A stretch of 64,000 bases of DNA from the human T2T-CHM13v2.0 reference genome, Homo sapiens. The stretch lies in assembly GCF_009914755.1 (NCBI RefSeq), contig NC_060931.1. One strand, given 5' to 3'. Below are positions 45,640-61,503 of this stretch, piece by piece. The notes below the pieces were generated by a model. That model was not told where the DNA came from. It searched no databases and saw only the letters and a program-made list of their open reading frames with translations. Positions within the stretch are counted from its first letter, which is position 1; every line of letters begins with the position of its first letter. The translations under genes were made by a program, and so were the position numbers.

Positions 45640-46150
45640 CACACATTCACTTGAAAATGCCTGAACCCATCCTCTCCTCTGTTCTTCCACTCTTGCTGCT
45701 TAATATATAATCTCAATATTTTTTTGGCTAACCTACTGCAATAATCTTTTCCTAATTGCTCTCCCCTACCTCCAGTTTTTCCCACTTCCAACTGTATTTC
45801 AGTTGTTGCCAGAGTGAAATTTCTAAAGTGTACATTTAAACGGGTGACACCCACATAAACAATTTCAATAGCCCGTTACTGCCTAAAAGATAAAGTTCTA
45901 ATTACATAGTATATCCATAGCTCCTTTATAGCTTTGCTTCAGACTCCACACTTCTAACCCAGTCTCCTGCCACTACTACCATGCATATAATCTGTGTTCC
46001 ATCCATAACAAATTATCTCTGTTCCTTGGACACACTAGTTGTTTGCATATAATGTTTCTGCTTTACCTGGAATGACCTTGTCAACATTCGGCCCTATCAG
46101 AAAATTATGTGCCTTCTGAGACTCAGCTGAGCTTTGTTTCCTTCCCGTAG
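45640..46150 (+). mobile_element. L2 fragment
   Basis: CTACTGCAATAATC...GCCAGAGTGAAATTTCTAAAG...CCTGGAATG. Confidence 0.65.
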
Positions 46151-49100
46151 ATTCGTTTAAGGTTCTATATTATCTAAAAATCCTCAGTCCTTCTACTTTA
46201 GAAGCTTAGCATTCTATTTGTACCCTTTTTCTTAAATTCACTTGGAAAATCAGTGAGGTATGTCACAAGGGAACAGGAAGTAGTAATGTGTCCAAGAACT
46301 TTGCGGTAAAGAGGCAATGTTTATTATCTATTGTTCTGGAAGCCAAGGCAAATGCAAAAATTTAAATCTTTTGATCCTGTACTATTTCATTGGCTCAATA
46401 TATCCATGGATTACCCACTCGTTCTATAATAGAAGCCCTAAATATGCACTGGCATTTGCTGAAATCGTAGAGGACACTCCATGTTGTTTAAGGCCTGCCC
46501 CCTTCTGTATAACTTCTTTCCTAGGGCCCAACTGGTAACTTTGTTACAAAAAAAAATTAGGGATTTTCCTGTGTTTTCACAAGCGTCTTGTTTTGGGCAT
46601 TTCCTCAAGGTCTCTGGCATGGATACCTTTTGCTGGCTGTCTCCATTTCAAGATACTTTGTAGAGTTTATCTATTGTAGCCAACCCACTGGAACTCTCTC
46701 CTTGTACATTTCCCCACTTCTTATTACTGACCAGAGCCTCCTTTTAAGTCTGGTTAACAAGAAGTATGGATGTTAGCTTAGCCATGAGCCAACAGTGATC
46801 ATGAAATCCAGCCCCAGATTTTTTTTTTTTCAGTTACTTAGCACTTCTTCCTAAGTCTTGTGTTTTAGCCTCTAAATGGAAGGAAACAAAAGTTCCTGTT
46901 TATTTCTCTAAAGTGCCTGCCTGCAACACTGATTTGTTCATTTTGAACCAGAGAATAGCTGAAGCAAGCAAAAGTGAGACTTATTCATTTAAAATGGTTA
47001 TTTCGGTCCATCTCAGCAGCCTGGCTCCTTGAGGCTTTCCAAGGCAACAATACCCGGGTAAGGGTGGTTTATCATTCACTCCTTGATCGTATGAAGCTAA
47101 ATGCTGGATTTTTAGTCATAGGTGTGCTAAGAAACCCTCAATGCCCAGGCAAGACATGCTGAATATATTCTGTGCATTCTGGTAAATACATCAAGGTAAT
47201 AATTACTTCCACATTTCCCCTTTTAAACACACATTTTTTACTCAGGGCCACAGTTTGCCCTTACATACACCCAATGCATTTCAGATTTCTCTGTAATTTA
47301 AAGAAAAAGCATTGCTGAGGTGAGCCAAATTTATATATGAGCTCTTTGTGTAAGCTATTTCAGAGCTACAAAGGCTATGTCCCCACGCTTATATACAGTT
47401 GGTTTCCTCATAATGGCTTTCTGCCATCAATTGGAATACCTTTCTTACAGTACCCCAGATCCCAATATGAAAAGCATTTACTTTTTTTTATTATTTTTTT
47501 TTAAAGAAAGAGTTCTTATGTATGTTTCTAAAACAGGAGGGCTGGTTTGCATTTTTGAGATCCTCGATCTGAACACAATAAAAAAGGTGATATGTTGGGG
47601 GGGAAAATAGTGACTTGTAATGCCAGTGGAAAGAATGGGCTCATTTTCTTGCTTTGGAAGCAAGGGGGTGGGGGAGCATATATAATTTTTATTTTACTGT
47701 ATGGAAACTGAAGACAAAAAGTATTATTACATGTCTCTATAAAACAAAGCAAATGTAATAAAACATATACATTTGTAATATTATTTAAAAAAGAATTCAC
47801 TTCTGTTATATGCATTTATTCCTTATGTATACTATATACATATATTTTTTGTTTTATAATACTTTGAAATCTTCACTATGATTATTAATTAGGTTATCAT
47901 TTATACAACTCTGTTCAGTATTGATAACGTCTTTTCAAAACGACAGTTGTTCATCTCCGAGTATTTTTGTTTTATTAACATTTGAGACTGACTTTAATAA
48001 TTTTTTCATCACAGGTTTTCAACATAGAAGTATGTTTCTTAGTTTCAACTGCTCCTTCTAATTATATTTGATTTGAGAACGTTTGAGACTTGATTTTTGG
48101 AAGTGGGTTTCTTTGTGCATTGTTTTTACATTTTTCTAAAACAGCCAACAGTTTATAGATGTATTGGGAAGCCACCAGGTTTTACTGTGTTTCTTACTTT
48201 TATCCATACTTTCTATTAAAATACCAATTTAAAATAGCTCAAAATTCTGTCTGTGGTTTTGGAGACATTAAACTTAAGTGCATCTTGTGAATCAAATACA
48301 TGTCTCTGCAGAGACAATCAAAAAGAAAAAGCAATTGAAAACTCAAGTACAATGTTGTTATGTTTTATTATAAAGAGTATTTAAAAAGCCAGATATTGTG
48401 GTGCCAGATACATTACTTTAATGGTTAACTTCTTGGCATCTCGTCAAAAGGTAGAACTTGTATCTGGAAAAACTTGATGAGAAAAAAATGTCATAGCTAT
48501 AATTTTACTGCCTCATACTACACAAAATTGTCTGTTCAAGTTTTACCTGCGTAACTCTGTGAGCAGTCCTGTGTTCAGCGCCATCCATGGAGGTTTGTGG
48601 AGGAAGTTATCCAGGAACACAAAAAACAGTCATTTTGATGTTTCCTTAGATTGTTTGTATAAGTTCAAAATTAAAAATGACTTTTGACTACCTTAACATC
48701 AATTAAATTCAAACCTAGACTTAATTGACCTATTCTCCAAATGAGAAGTCCGAAATTCCGTGAATTCTCAGGAAAATATCTGTATTATCTTTATTTGCAG
48801 CTTTTGGCTGAGTAAATCAAAAGACTCAGGAATTATATTTTATAGTATACATTCCTTTAATCACATTTATTCCTCTCTATTTTAATTAAGATATTCATAT
48901 CTGACTTCCCAGTAGGCAGAGGGACAATCAGAAGAACAGGGACAGTACCTTTGTATCTTTAGTATCAAAAGCAATGCAACTTGTAAATGTGAAAAATTCA
49001 AATGACTTATCTGTAAAACAGGCCAATGCCATATCGCAGTAGGGATGTGTCATAAGTGAAAACATTTATGCCTGACACTCAATGAATGCCCCTTCTCTTT

Positions 49101-49346
49101 CTTTCCCTGAGTAGTTAGTGGTCTATTCTCTGTAAATTACTCAAAAGTATTTGTCTTCCTGTGTAATTTGCCTTAGTTAATCCTTCATACAGCAATGTAA
49201 AAAAGGTTTTACCCAAGGAATGAGGAGAAAGAGGAGAGGAAGCTACTAAATGTTGAGCATTTACTTTCTGTCTTTGAGATAGGCCACAGTGCCTCACTTG
49301 GGTTGATGCTTCCAGTTGTTTCTAGTCCCATAGCTTTTCTCTGGAA

Positions 49347-49590
49347 GAGAGTGTAGTCAAGTGGCTAAATGCTTTGGCCCTAGAACCATGTTGAAAGTGT
49401 TCAAATGCCAGGGTTTTAAAGTCTTGTGCACTTGGGAAAATGATGAGCCCTCTCTGAGCTTTAATTTACCCTGGAAAACTTGAATAAATGTTAACCTACA
49501 TCATCAGGTAGTAGAGAGGATCAAATAAGATTGATGCAAGCAAAATGTTTATTTTAGACTCTGGCACATGGTAAGATTTGTTACATTATT
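49347..49590 (+). mobile_element. MIR
   Basis: GTTCAAATGCCAG...CTCTCTGAGCTTTAATTT...GAGGATCAAATAAGA...TGGCACATGGTAAG. Confidence 0.7.
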
Positions 49591-49975
49591 CCCCAGGTGT
49601 TAAAGATGAGGCTGAAGGTAAGGAGCAGAGGGAAAATGCATTGATTAATGGCATACTAACACCATTTGCTAACTTTCTCATAATGGGAAAATGTTGATAA
49701 CATTTAATATGGGTCCATCCTTATCTTACCACTTCTCCTTGCAAGCCAACTGTGTCAGTTGCCAGCTCTACTAAACTCAGAGCAAAATGGGCATTCTGAG
49801 CTGCCAGAGAGGGTGGCAAGCTACAGAATGGTAAATGTCTGTTAGTACAATGGCTTCTTATGCTGTTAAAACTGCAGCATAAGGATTGGGCAGATGAGCA
49901 TGTGGCTTACAGTGTCCCAAGTGAGACCATATCTGTTACACCAGTTGCTCTTCATCACAATTAAGGATGGAGAAG

Positions 49976-50278
<303 letters not shown>

Positions 50279-51045
50279 TTAAGGATGGAGAAAATTGAAA
50301 TATGGAAAATGTGAGCAGTTTACATGAATTCACAAAATGTTTAAGAGGAGGAGGTGAGTCTTGTCCATGTTTTCTATAAAAGGGAAATACAATGGCTGTT
50401 AATTCCTTGCTCATTATTTTAGAGACATTGCCAAAGAAAGATAAGTAGCTGCATATATATTTACTGAGTTGTTTTCTTCAAAAAAGAATGTATAATTCAA
50501 AAGACCGATGCCAGTATAATATAAAAGTGACTGTTAATGTAAAAAAAAAAAAAATCCACAATATTTTCTTGAGCGATTGGCATAACATATCACTTCCATG
50601 CAAGTGAAGTGAAGATTGAGAGGGAACTTATCAGTGTCATATCCCTGGTTCAAAATGACAAGTCTATGCACAGGTTTATTCTGGCCTGTGTCTCTTGTTT
50701 TTGTGTCAATCTTTGTTCTCCACCTACATTTTAAGTTCTTTAAATATAGGGGCCATGACTTACCCTTCTGCTAAGAACGGTTATTACCAAATAAAGTATA
50801 CATGAACAAATAATGTGTAGTAAGCCATAACTATGTCTCATGAAGAATTAGAAGCTTGGGAAATCGGTCCAAATGGAAGCATGAATTCATGAATACTTAG
50901 TTGAAGTCAGGATTCGAGAATCTTACTGGTTCATAGGAAGCTAGAGGCAGAGTACAAAGGCTGATGACTTCAAAATCAAAGTCTTGAGGAGATGGTCAGG
51001 TAATCCACCCTAGGATGTTGTCAACCCAAAGGGACTAGATCGTTG

Positions 51046-51068
51046 AGAGAGAGAGAGAGAGAGAGAGA
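51046..51068. repeat. (GA)n microsatellite
   Basis: Direct reading. Confidence 0.9.
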
Positions 51069-51087
51069 AGTCCAAAGCAGTGAGTGG

Positions 51088-51977
51088 CAAACAAATTAGT
51101 AAGAAAAAAAACAATCAATCCCATCAAAAAGTGGGCTAAGGACATGAATAGAAAATTCTCAAAAGAAGATACACAAATGGCCAACAAACATATGGAAAAA
51201 TGCTCAACATCACTAATGATCATGGAAATGCAAATCAAAACTACAATGCAATACCACCTTACTCCTGCAAGGATAGCCATAATCAAAGAATCAAAAAACA
51301 GTAGATGTTGTCATGGATGCGGCAATCAGGGAACACTTCTACACTGCTGGTGGGAATGTAAACTAGTACAGCCACTATGGAAAACAGTGTGGAGATTCCT
51401 TAAAGAACTAAAAGTAGAACTACCATTTGATACAGCAATCTCACTACTGGGTATCTACTCAGAGGAAAACAGGTCATTATTCGAAAAAGATACTTGCACA
51501 TGCACGTTTATAGCAGCACAATTCACAATTGCAAAATAGTGGAACCCAAATGTCCATCAATGAGTGGATAAAGAAACTCCAGTGTGTGTATATATGTGAT
51601 GAAATACTACTCAGCCATAAAAAGGAACGAATTAACAGCATTTGCAATGACCTAGATGAGATTATAGACTATTATTCTAAGTGAAGTAACTCAGGAATGG
51701 AAAACCAAACATCATATGTTCTCAATGATATGTGAGAGCTAAGCTATGAGGACGCAAAGGCATAAGAATTATACAGTGGACTTTGGGGACTTGAGGGGAA
51801 GAGTGGGAGGGGAGCCAGGGACAAAAGACAATAAATGTGGTCCAGTATATACTGCTTGGTTGATGGGTGCACCAGGTTCTCACAAATCTCCACTAAAGAG
51901 GGTACTCATGTAACCAAATACTACCTGTACCCCAATAACTTATGGAAAAATAAAATTTTAAAAATAAATAAGTAAAT
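51088..51977 (+). mobile_element. 5'-truncated L1PB1
   Basis: ORF 51084-51539 is L1 ORF2 C-terminus ([12 protein letters not shown]...[14 protein letters not shown]); PB1-type 3' UTR; TSD AAAGCAGTGAGTGG at 51074-51087 and 51978-51991. Confidence 0.93.
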
Positions 51978-52836
51978 AAAGCAGTGAGTGGGAAAATAAT
52001 CTGAATTAAGTAGATGAACTAAAGAGAGTTAACTGTAGCAATCTTTTTTTCCAGGGAAAGGACAAGACACGGAGTGGTGGTGGTGGTTTTAACCTGGGAC
52101 AAGCAGAGGAAAGCAGTCATTAAAGAGGTCAAGTCTCTGTGAGTCACTATGGTTATTTATTGTGAAGACACAGTCTCTTAACTTCTCAGTCTCCACCAAG
52201 CAGTCACGCTAAGTGATAAATGAGTCAATCAGATAATATATTATAAATATTTATTTTTATTAATATGGAAAAAAGATCATAAATATAATTAAAGAAGGGC
52301 ACAGTATGATCTATCAGAGACAGATTTGTGTGTATACATATATGTGCAATGTATACTTGAAAGAGGAATTGAGAGTTTACACACTGAATTATTGCAGAAT
52401 TTACTGATGGGTGCTGGTAATATGGTTGTTTACTCTTTCCTTTTTGGTGTGTAACTTTTCTACAATTTTTATTTTGTAAATGTGTTTTACTTTTGTAATG
52501 AGAAAATATACATTTATACTTGAAGAATAACTCTACAAAGTAAATAGCTACTGTGTCATATTATAACCACCATAAGAATAGGTTATAATGGAGCAAAAAT
52601 ATGCATGAGAATCATATAGTCCTTCATTGGACAGTACACCAAGGCATACTACACTTTTCTGATTTCTTACACAGATATATCACTGATTGTCCAAAGTCCC
52701 TTAGAATATTTTATCTCTTGTCTCCCCATCACATTTCCTAGCTTTGGCTGTTTCTTTGCCTTTTTCCCAGCCAGTGTTTCTAAAACTAATGCACAATGAG
52801 AACATAATGACATTGGTTCTATAAAGAAATTGTTCT

Positions 52837-53088
<252 letters not shown>

Positions 53089-54325
53089 TCAGCAACACAT
53101 GCACTTAAAGTTATGTGTTTGCAAATGTAGATGGTAGTGTTGAGTCACCCATACTCTGTCTCTTGATCCCCTTTTGATCAGCAGCAAACATTTGCAAGGC
53201 AACTGGCTGGAATCATGGCTGCAAGCTGCATGAGCATAACACTAGCTTTGGTCATACGTAGGAAACTAAAGGGATAAATATCATACCCTTGGCATTATTA
53301 ACACTGTATTCTCCACAATTGCTAAACTGCACGCCACTATGTATATTTGAACCGAGAGCAAATTTACTGTGACATCTTAGACTAATTTTAGATTCACTGT
53401 TGTTGAGAAACACAAATCAGAATTTTTATGAGTATCATGTGCCTAGTGGGTGGGTGGACTAGAACAGTGGTTTAGAAGAAAGAGACCTGACTTCTAGACT
53501 TAAATAAATCATCCTTTAGATAAGTAATTTTCACTGGCCTTAATCTTGGTATCTGCAAAACAAGGGATTTGAGTAGTTCATTGTTTCCAAACTTGTTCAA
53601 TGTTAATAAGTTCACCAAGTACTGCCTGATATGACAGTTCCCTGTTCCTGTACATTGCTATTTAGCAGGAATGGAGCCTATGAACTACAATTTTAGCAAA
53701 TACTCCAAGTAACTGATATGATAAGAAAAATTGGATAACACTGGATGAAGTGTTGTTTGACCTCCCCACCCTAACCGTAAAAAGTCAGTAGTATAGGAGG
53801 GGGTCATCATTACATTATTGTTAACACATTCCTACATGAATGGCTACGGTGAGAGATTTGCCTGTTGCAACAACAACAAACAAATCTAAGAGATCATTTC
53901 CTTTAAGGACACATTGTTTTGCTTTTATGGTATAACTAAATGGCCAAATATAGATTCACTCACACATACTGTGCATTGAAACCAACGGAGCGAACATGAG
54001 TCCTTAGAATAAAGGCCTGTGACATCAAGCATTCAGCTGTTAACCAGAGGGAAATCACTTGTACTTTTCTAGCCTGTAGTCTTATCTGTAGTTACAGAAT
54101 TTCTTTGCAACATTTACTATTGTAAGATGTAGAACATGGTGAAATGTTGTAGAAATCACGGAAATGTAGGCTTGAGATGATGCCAGCTTTGAAGATTATA
54201 AGTGTGGGCCCTGTTAAAGAGATGAATCACATAAAGTAGAATATAGCACACAGACACACACTCACACACACATAGACACACACCTTTGCTCATACTCAAA
54301 CATTCACACACAGAAACATACTTAC

Positions 54326-54521
54326 GCTCCCCAAAATAAGAACACATGCACCCCTTTTCCGAACACTTGCTGTGCCAAACTTTCAACTCTGGATTGAGTT
54401 TTTCGTTGATTAAACCCATGAAACTGAAACTATCCAAATAAACTCTTTTGGCAGTTATTGAAAGTCTTTTGAAGTAAACCAGAATGCTTCTACAGTCAAT
54501 GTTTCCATACTGAATCAGTCC
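54326..54521 (-). other. Candidate first or internal exon ending at a strong donor
   Basis: Minus strand GAGC|gtaagt, 65 open codons upstream, TG-rich tract downstream; the 5' boundary is uncertain. Confidence 0.25.
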
Positions 54522-55748
54522 CTGTCACAGTGATATTATGTTTATTTTTATGCTGGAATGTAGATTTTTTCTTTCTTTGCACCAGCTCTGCAAAGATAAA
54601 AATAAGAGGTAATGAAGCAGAATGCTATGGGTTTGAGGACCTCTTCCCTGGAGAATGTGTAGGCTCTAATTCTTTTTACAATCTCTTTATAATAAGATTG
54701 GCCTGCTACTTCATAGCAGTAATTGCAGCCTTCTTCTATTCGTCAGAAAGAGAAACTATTTTCTCGCCTCTGTGAATCAGTAATCCTTCTTAATACTTAG
54801 TGATTCCCTCAGTCCTCTTATGTTTCCAAAGCCATGTTGTCTGTTGGAGCTTGTCATGTGTGACAGGAATTGACTGGGAGGGACCCATGTGGGAAATTCT
54901 AAAGGTACTTTTGAAAATTTCCCCAAAAGCTTGCCTGTTTTTTTCAGAGCCCTTTACTGATCGGAAGCAAAAAAAAAAAAAAAAAAAATTGATAAACCAA
55001 ACTTAAAACTTGAGTACAAGTATGACAAAATTAAACATATCCAAAAGTGAACTCATAATTTTCTACACTCCCCATAAAGCCACTTCCTTCCTCTAAAAAT
55101 CCCTGTTTTGGATAATGGCATCGAGCTAAGTGTTAAAGCCATAAACCAGAGTCACCCTTCTCTGCTAGACAAATCCAGTTATTCATCACACGCTGGCAAT
55201 TCTAAATTCAAAATATCTCTTATTTCTCATCTGTCTGTTCACTCCCCACTCGTGAGGCCTCATAGTAGGATTTCATTGATTCTAGCCTGTTCATCTCCCT
55301 GCCATTAGTCTTTGCTTACCTAAAGTCCTGATTCCACTGCCAACTAAAGTAGGAATCTGATTTTGTCTTTAATAAATTCTTGAATAAGATGAAAAACAAA
55401 TGCTTTTTTCTTATGATTGTCAGCTCGTTTATAACCCAGCCTCAGTCTGACATCTCAGACTCATATGTTATTATTTCCTTTAGCCTTTATCGACTTTCTT
55501 TTAGCCGCACTGACTTTCTTACCATTCCCTAATCATGTCTCCTTGTTATTTGTCTATCTTTGCATGGAATATCTCCCAAGAGATGGAATTCCATTACCTC
55601 TCACACCACAACACTCCTGCTCTAGTCTAAAAAACTCCACTCAACCTTTAATCTTCTCATGTCACCTTCCCTATGAGGCATCCTCAATTTCCTCACAGAG
55701 CACTGCATTCCTAATCTATTAATAAAGTGCAAATCATATTATGGATGG

Positions 55749-56190
55749 TGCAGTGGGTTGAATGGTGGCCTCCCTAAAAGGTACATCTCATCATAATCCC
55801 TGAACCTCTGAATGTGACCTTACTAGGCAAAACACTCTTCGCAGATATAATTAAGAATCTGAGGATGAGATCATCCTGGATTATATGTGTGGGCTTTAAA
55901 TCCAATACAAGTGAACCAATAAGAGACACACAGAGCAGAGCCACACAGGGAAAACAGGAGACCATGTAAAGATGGAGGGAGAGATTGGATTGACCAAAAC
56001 CCAAGAAACTCTGGAGCCACATGGAAGAGGCAAGGCAGGATTGCCCCATTAGAGCCTTTGGGAAGAGTAAGCCCTGTAGACACCTTGACTTCAGACTGCT
56101 GGCCTCCAAACCGTGAAAGGTTAACCTTCCATTACTTAAATCCACCGAGTTTGTGGGAAGTTGTTATGGCAACCCTAGGAAACTAATGTA
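55749..56190 (+). mobile_element. MaLR solo LTR, MLT1C/D-like
   Basis: TGCAGTGGGTTGAATGGTGGCC...GAATGTGACCTTA...TTGTTATGGCAACCCTAGGAAACTAAT. Confidence 0.85.
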
Positions 56191-56256
56191 GGTAGCTATT
56201 TATACATTCACTCCTAACTATATCTTAAAATTCTGCAGGGCAGATGTCCCACATTG

Positions 56257-56795
56257 TTTTTAAATTAATAGACTTTATTTCTTGAGCAGTTTTCACTTTA
56301 CAGAAAAATTGAGCTCCAAGTACAGAGCATTCTCATATACCCCTTCCCATTTCCCTTATTATTAACAGCTTGCATTAGTGATGTACAGTTGCTACAGTTA
56401 ATGAGCCAACAGTGATACGTTATTCTTGACTGAAGTCCATAGTTTACATTAAGGTTCACTCTTTGTATTGTATATTCTGTGGGTCTAGGCAAATGTTAAT
56501 GACATGGAACCACCATTACAGTATCATACAGAATAGTTTCACTGCCCTAAAAATCCTGTGTTCCACCTATTTATTCTTCCCTTCTCCCAAACCTTGGAAA
56601 CTGCTGATCTTTTTTACTGTCTCCACCTGCCTTTTCCAGAAAGCCATATAGTTGGAATCATACAGTATGTAGCATGTTCAGATTGACTTGTTACCGTATC
56701 AGCGTTTACGTTTTCTTCATGTCCCTTGTTTGTTTGATAGCTCATTTTTTAAAAATCACTGAATAATCTTCCATTGTATAAGAGGCCATAGATTT
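56257..56795 (-). mobile_element. L1MC (MC2-like) 3' end
   Basis: TTTACAGAAAAATTGAGC...AAGTCCATAGTTTACATTAAGGTTCACTCTT...CAGAATAGTTTCACTGCCCTAAAAATCC. Confidence 0.85.
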
Positions 56796-57414
56796 GTATT
56801 TCACCTTTGTAGCCTTACCACATCGCTCAGAGTATTACATACATGTTCATTAAATTAATAGATACACAAGTAGATACATATACATGGATGAATGATTGAA
56901 TAAACAGTGAACGAGTTTTAATGACTTATTGAATATAAAGTGAAAGTATGCAATCCTATAAAACGACTAAAGTGACTATATTATTTTCTTGCTGTCACTG
57001 AAAGCACGCAATGGATGTCACTCAGGATTTCTAGGTTCATTCTGGGTTCTGGCTTGCATTGAACTGGTTTGTGTTAGATCCCAAGGCCAAAGGAATAAAC
57101 TGAACTGAAAAAGTCGGTATACCTAAATGACTCCTGGCCACATCAGAAATCGCCTTAAACTGCTAGGAAGTGTATAATTCATCTTCACAGATTCACAGTA
57201 CTTTGAGTTTCATTACTGTTGAGTTTTGTTGTCAATTTTAAAAACAGTTAAAAGGTAAAAAACATGTAATACTTATGAAGCTTCTTCAGGGCACAATTTC
57301 AGGCTGAGTAATATCATTTCTCTGTCCTATAGCTGAATGGCTGAGATCAGAGGATTTGCTTCAGTTACCCTTTTATCTCACCCTCTTTTTTGTTGAAAAG
57401 ATTAACTTTCAGTA

Positions 57415-57600
57415 GCACTTAATATTTATGAATGAAATTATACCAAATAGAGAATTCAAAATAATTTTGAGAGGTCTTATGGGAAAAGGAAAAAGATTGG
57501 TCCCAAGATGATAACTGTTGAAGCTGAGTAACAGAGATAAGAAAGTTTATTATATTCTCTACATTTGTATATGTTTGAATTTTTCCATAGTTAAGAAAAC
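57415..57600 (+). mobile_element. Ancient L1 (L1MC4/5-like) 3' end
   Basis: TGATAACTGTTGAAGCTGAG...TGTATATGTTTGAATTTTTCCATA. Confidence 0.6.
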
Positions 57601-57622
57601 TCATTTTATAAAATACTGATAA

Positions 57623-57952
<330 letters not shown>

Positions 57953-60325
57953 AACATATTTTTTAAATAACTACGTTATAAATGTAAACTGAAAGTCGTT
58001 TTAATCTCATGTCAAATCAGAATTTTTGATACCCCTAAAATACCTAATACCCTAAAACTCTGTGTGAATTAAGCAGCTTCAGACCTTTACATTGCCTAAG
58101 TTGCTTCTCTCTCTCTCGCTCTGCCTCCATATATATATATATTATTATGTAATTATATTATATTATACATATCTCTCTTCACATATATATATCTCCATAT
58201 ATATTACTACAAACAGTTAATATATTACTATTAAAAAGTTAGTATAAAATATATACTATAAGAAAGTTGCAAGACGAAATATTTGAATAGTCTCATAAAG
58301 CTGTCAGCATATAATATGATTTCGGCTGCATTTTTTCGTGGTGACTTCAGAGAAGATACATGAAACATTATCTGATATGCAACCTCACGGTAAATAATTT
58401 CGTTTATTCTCAAATTATTGGTATACCACAAATAGGAAGGATTCCCCTTCCCCCACTTTTGGCAATCCTTAAATAAACTGCAAATTCATGTCACCATCTG
58501 GCTGGCAATGGACACAGGCAGATTAATCATTTCCTTTTTGAATAATAAAAAAAGTTCCCTTCAAAATGCCCCCAAAATATTGGATAGGAAAGAAAAACAT
58601 GAAAGTTTTATTTACAATTTCAAATGGTTTGCAACACACGAAACCCTGCAACGGAAACTTGCTTTGCTCAAGCTGGCATTACACAGTTTGATTTCTTATT
58701 GATAAACATATATATTATGCCTACAAGAAATGTCATTTATTAAAAGAATGATACAAAAAATTGAACTTTTGGTTTTCAGAAAGCACAGATTGCTCAAACA
58801 CAGCATCTTAGTTCCCCAGGAGGCTCCACTCAGTGCCTCCCAACACCTCTCACTTCAGTCTCCCGCTTTTTCATTCTTCTCTTCCTCACTGTTTATAATA
58901 ATAATTTGTAACACATTTATCATCGTTGGTAAAGTAAATCATTGAAACCTGAATTGCCGCCACCTTGCTGTTGAACATGGAAAAGAGCTGAAATCCCTTT
59001 GAAATAACCTGTATCACTTGGTTGATATTTTTTTCCTGCCCGTAGCAATGTTACTTTGGTTTTGTTGTTTTGAAGCTTTTTGATTTTTTTTTGCTACACA
59101 TTTTGATGTTTGACTAATAGAAAAATATTTCCTTATTTTCTTAGTCATTACTATGCCAAGTGATTCATTTCTTCTCTGCCTTTTTTTTGTAGCCTCAGGC
59201 ATTCTTAGTGGTGTCGCTAAATTTATCTTGCAGATGTTAAAAAAGAATCCCCACTAGAATCCTAGTATGTAGACTTTTATAGTGTTATGAAACATGCCTA
59301 TTTTTAAATATTTAATTAATATTTTAATGTGGTATAAATAACAGCATCTCTGAAGCCATTGCCATTCCCAGGAGTCAGGGGAGGCTATACAGAACACTGT
59401 CCTGTTACAATAATTTTCTAATGATTTGGATTATAGTCATTGCTTCCTTTTTCTGCTGTTATAATAATTTGACCCCTGACCCATACCAACTTCCTAGTCA
59501 TCTATTCAGTTTTTATTTATTTATTCAATAAATATCTCTTGACCACTACTTTTTTGCCATGCACTGAGTTAAACATTGTTAACTATTAGTTTAATACATT
59601 GTTAATACATTCAAGTAGCTCACACATCCTGAGGGCTGTCTTTGTTCAAAGAGTGTTTATAGACAAGAAAAATGGGAGTAACAATGTCCTTCTGTGACAT
59701 AAGCATAATTGGAAAAAAAAGTAAAAGTATAAACAAGAGAGCTTTGGAAAGAAAAGAAGGTTCTGAAACATTTTAGATTGGGAGCAAATATTTGGATTTG
59801 AACACCAGGCTTTCTAGCTTTTGACAAAATTCAAAATCCTTTTACATGAAAATCCCTCAACAAAGTAGGTAGAGAAGGACTTTACCTCAACATTAAAAAG
59901 GTCATGTATTAAATATATATGTGTGTATATATATATACATATACACACATACATACATATATCTCACAGCTGATATCATACTCAATGGTGAAAAACTGAA
60001 AGATTTTCCTATGAGAAATAAGGCATGATTGCCCCATTCTCCACCACTTCTATTCAACAGAGTACTGGAAGTCCTCGATATAACAATCAGGCAAAAAAGA
60101 AATAAAAGTCATCCAAATTGAAAAGGAAAAAGCAAAATTATCTCTGTTTGCAGATGACATGACCTTACACGTTGAAAATGTCAAAGACTCCACCAAAAAA
60201 AAAAAAACCTGTTAGAATTAAGAAATGCAGCAAAGTTGTTGATTCAAAATCAACATACAAGTATCAGTTGCATTTCCGCACACTATCAAAGAACTGTTCA
60301 AAAAAGAGATTAAGAAAGCAATCCT

Positions 60326-60643
<318 letters not shown>

Positions 60644-60771
60644 CTATTTACAATACCCTCAAAAAGAATGCAAATTTATGAACAAACTTAACGAAGGAAG
60701 TGGAAGTCCTTGTACACATGAAACTAGAAAATATTGATGAAAAAAATTAAAACACAAATAAATGGAAAGAC

Positions 60772-61146
<375 letters not shown>

Positions 61147-61503
61147 TCATACCATCCAAAGCAATCTACACATTTAATGCAACCTCCATCAAAATCCCAT
61201 TGACATTTTTTACAGAAAAAGAAAAAACAATCCTAAAATCCAAATGAAACTACAAAAGACTCCAAACAGCCAAAGCAATCTTGAGAAAGAACAAAGCTGG
61301 GGGCATCACATGTCCTGATCTCAACATATGTTACAAAGCAACTGTAATCAAAATAGTGTGGTACTAGTATAAGGAAAAACATATAGACCAATGGAACAGA
61401 ATAAAGAGTTTGAAAATAAACACACAATATGGCCAACTGATCTTCAACAAGGGTGTCAAGAATACACAATGAGAAAAGGGTAGTTTCTTCAACAAATGTT
61501 GTT

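Larger units (their letters stand above)
55000..56910 (+). mobile_element. L2 element split by MLT1 and L1MC insertions
   Basis: AAACATATCCAAAAGTGAACTCAT at ~55033; 3' terminus GGATGAATGATTGAATAAAC near 56890. Confidence 0.65.

Noticed and set aside
51084-51539. 151-aa ORF
   Set aside because: C-terminal remnant of L1 ORF2 in a truncated L1PB1
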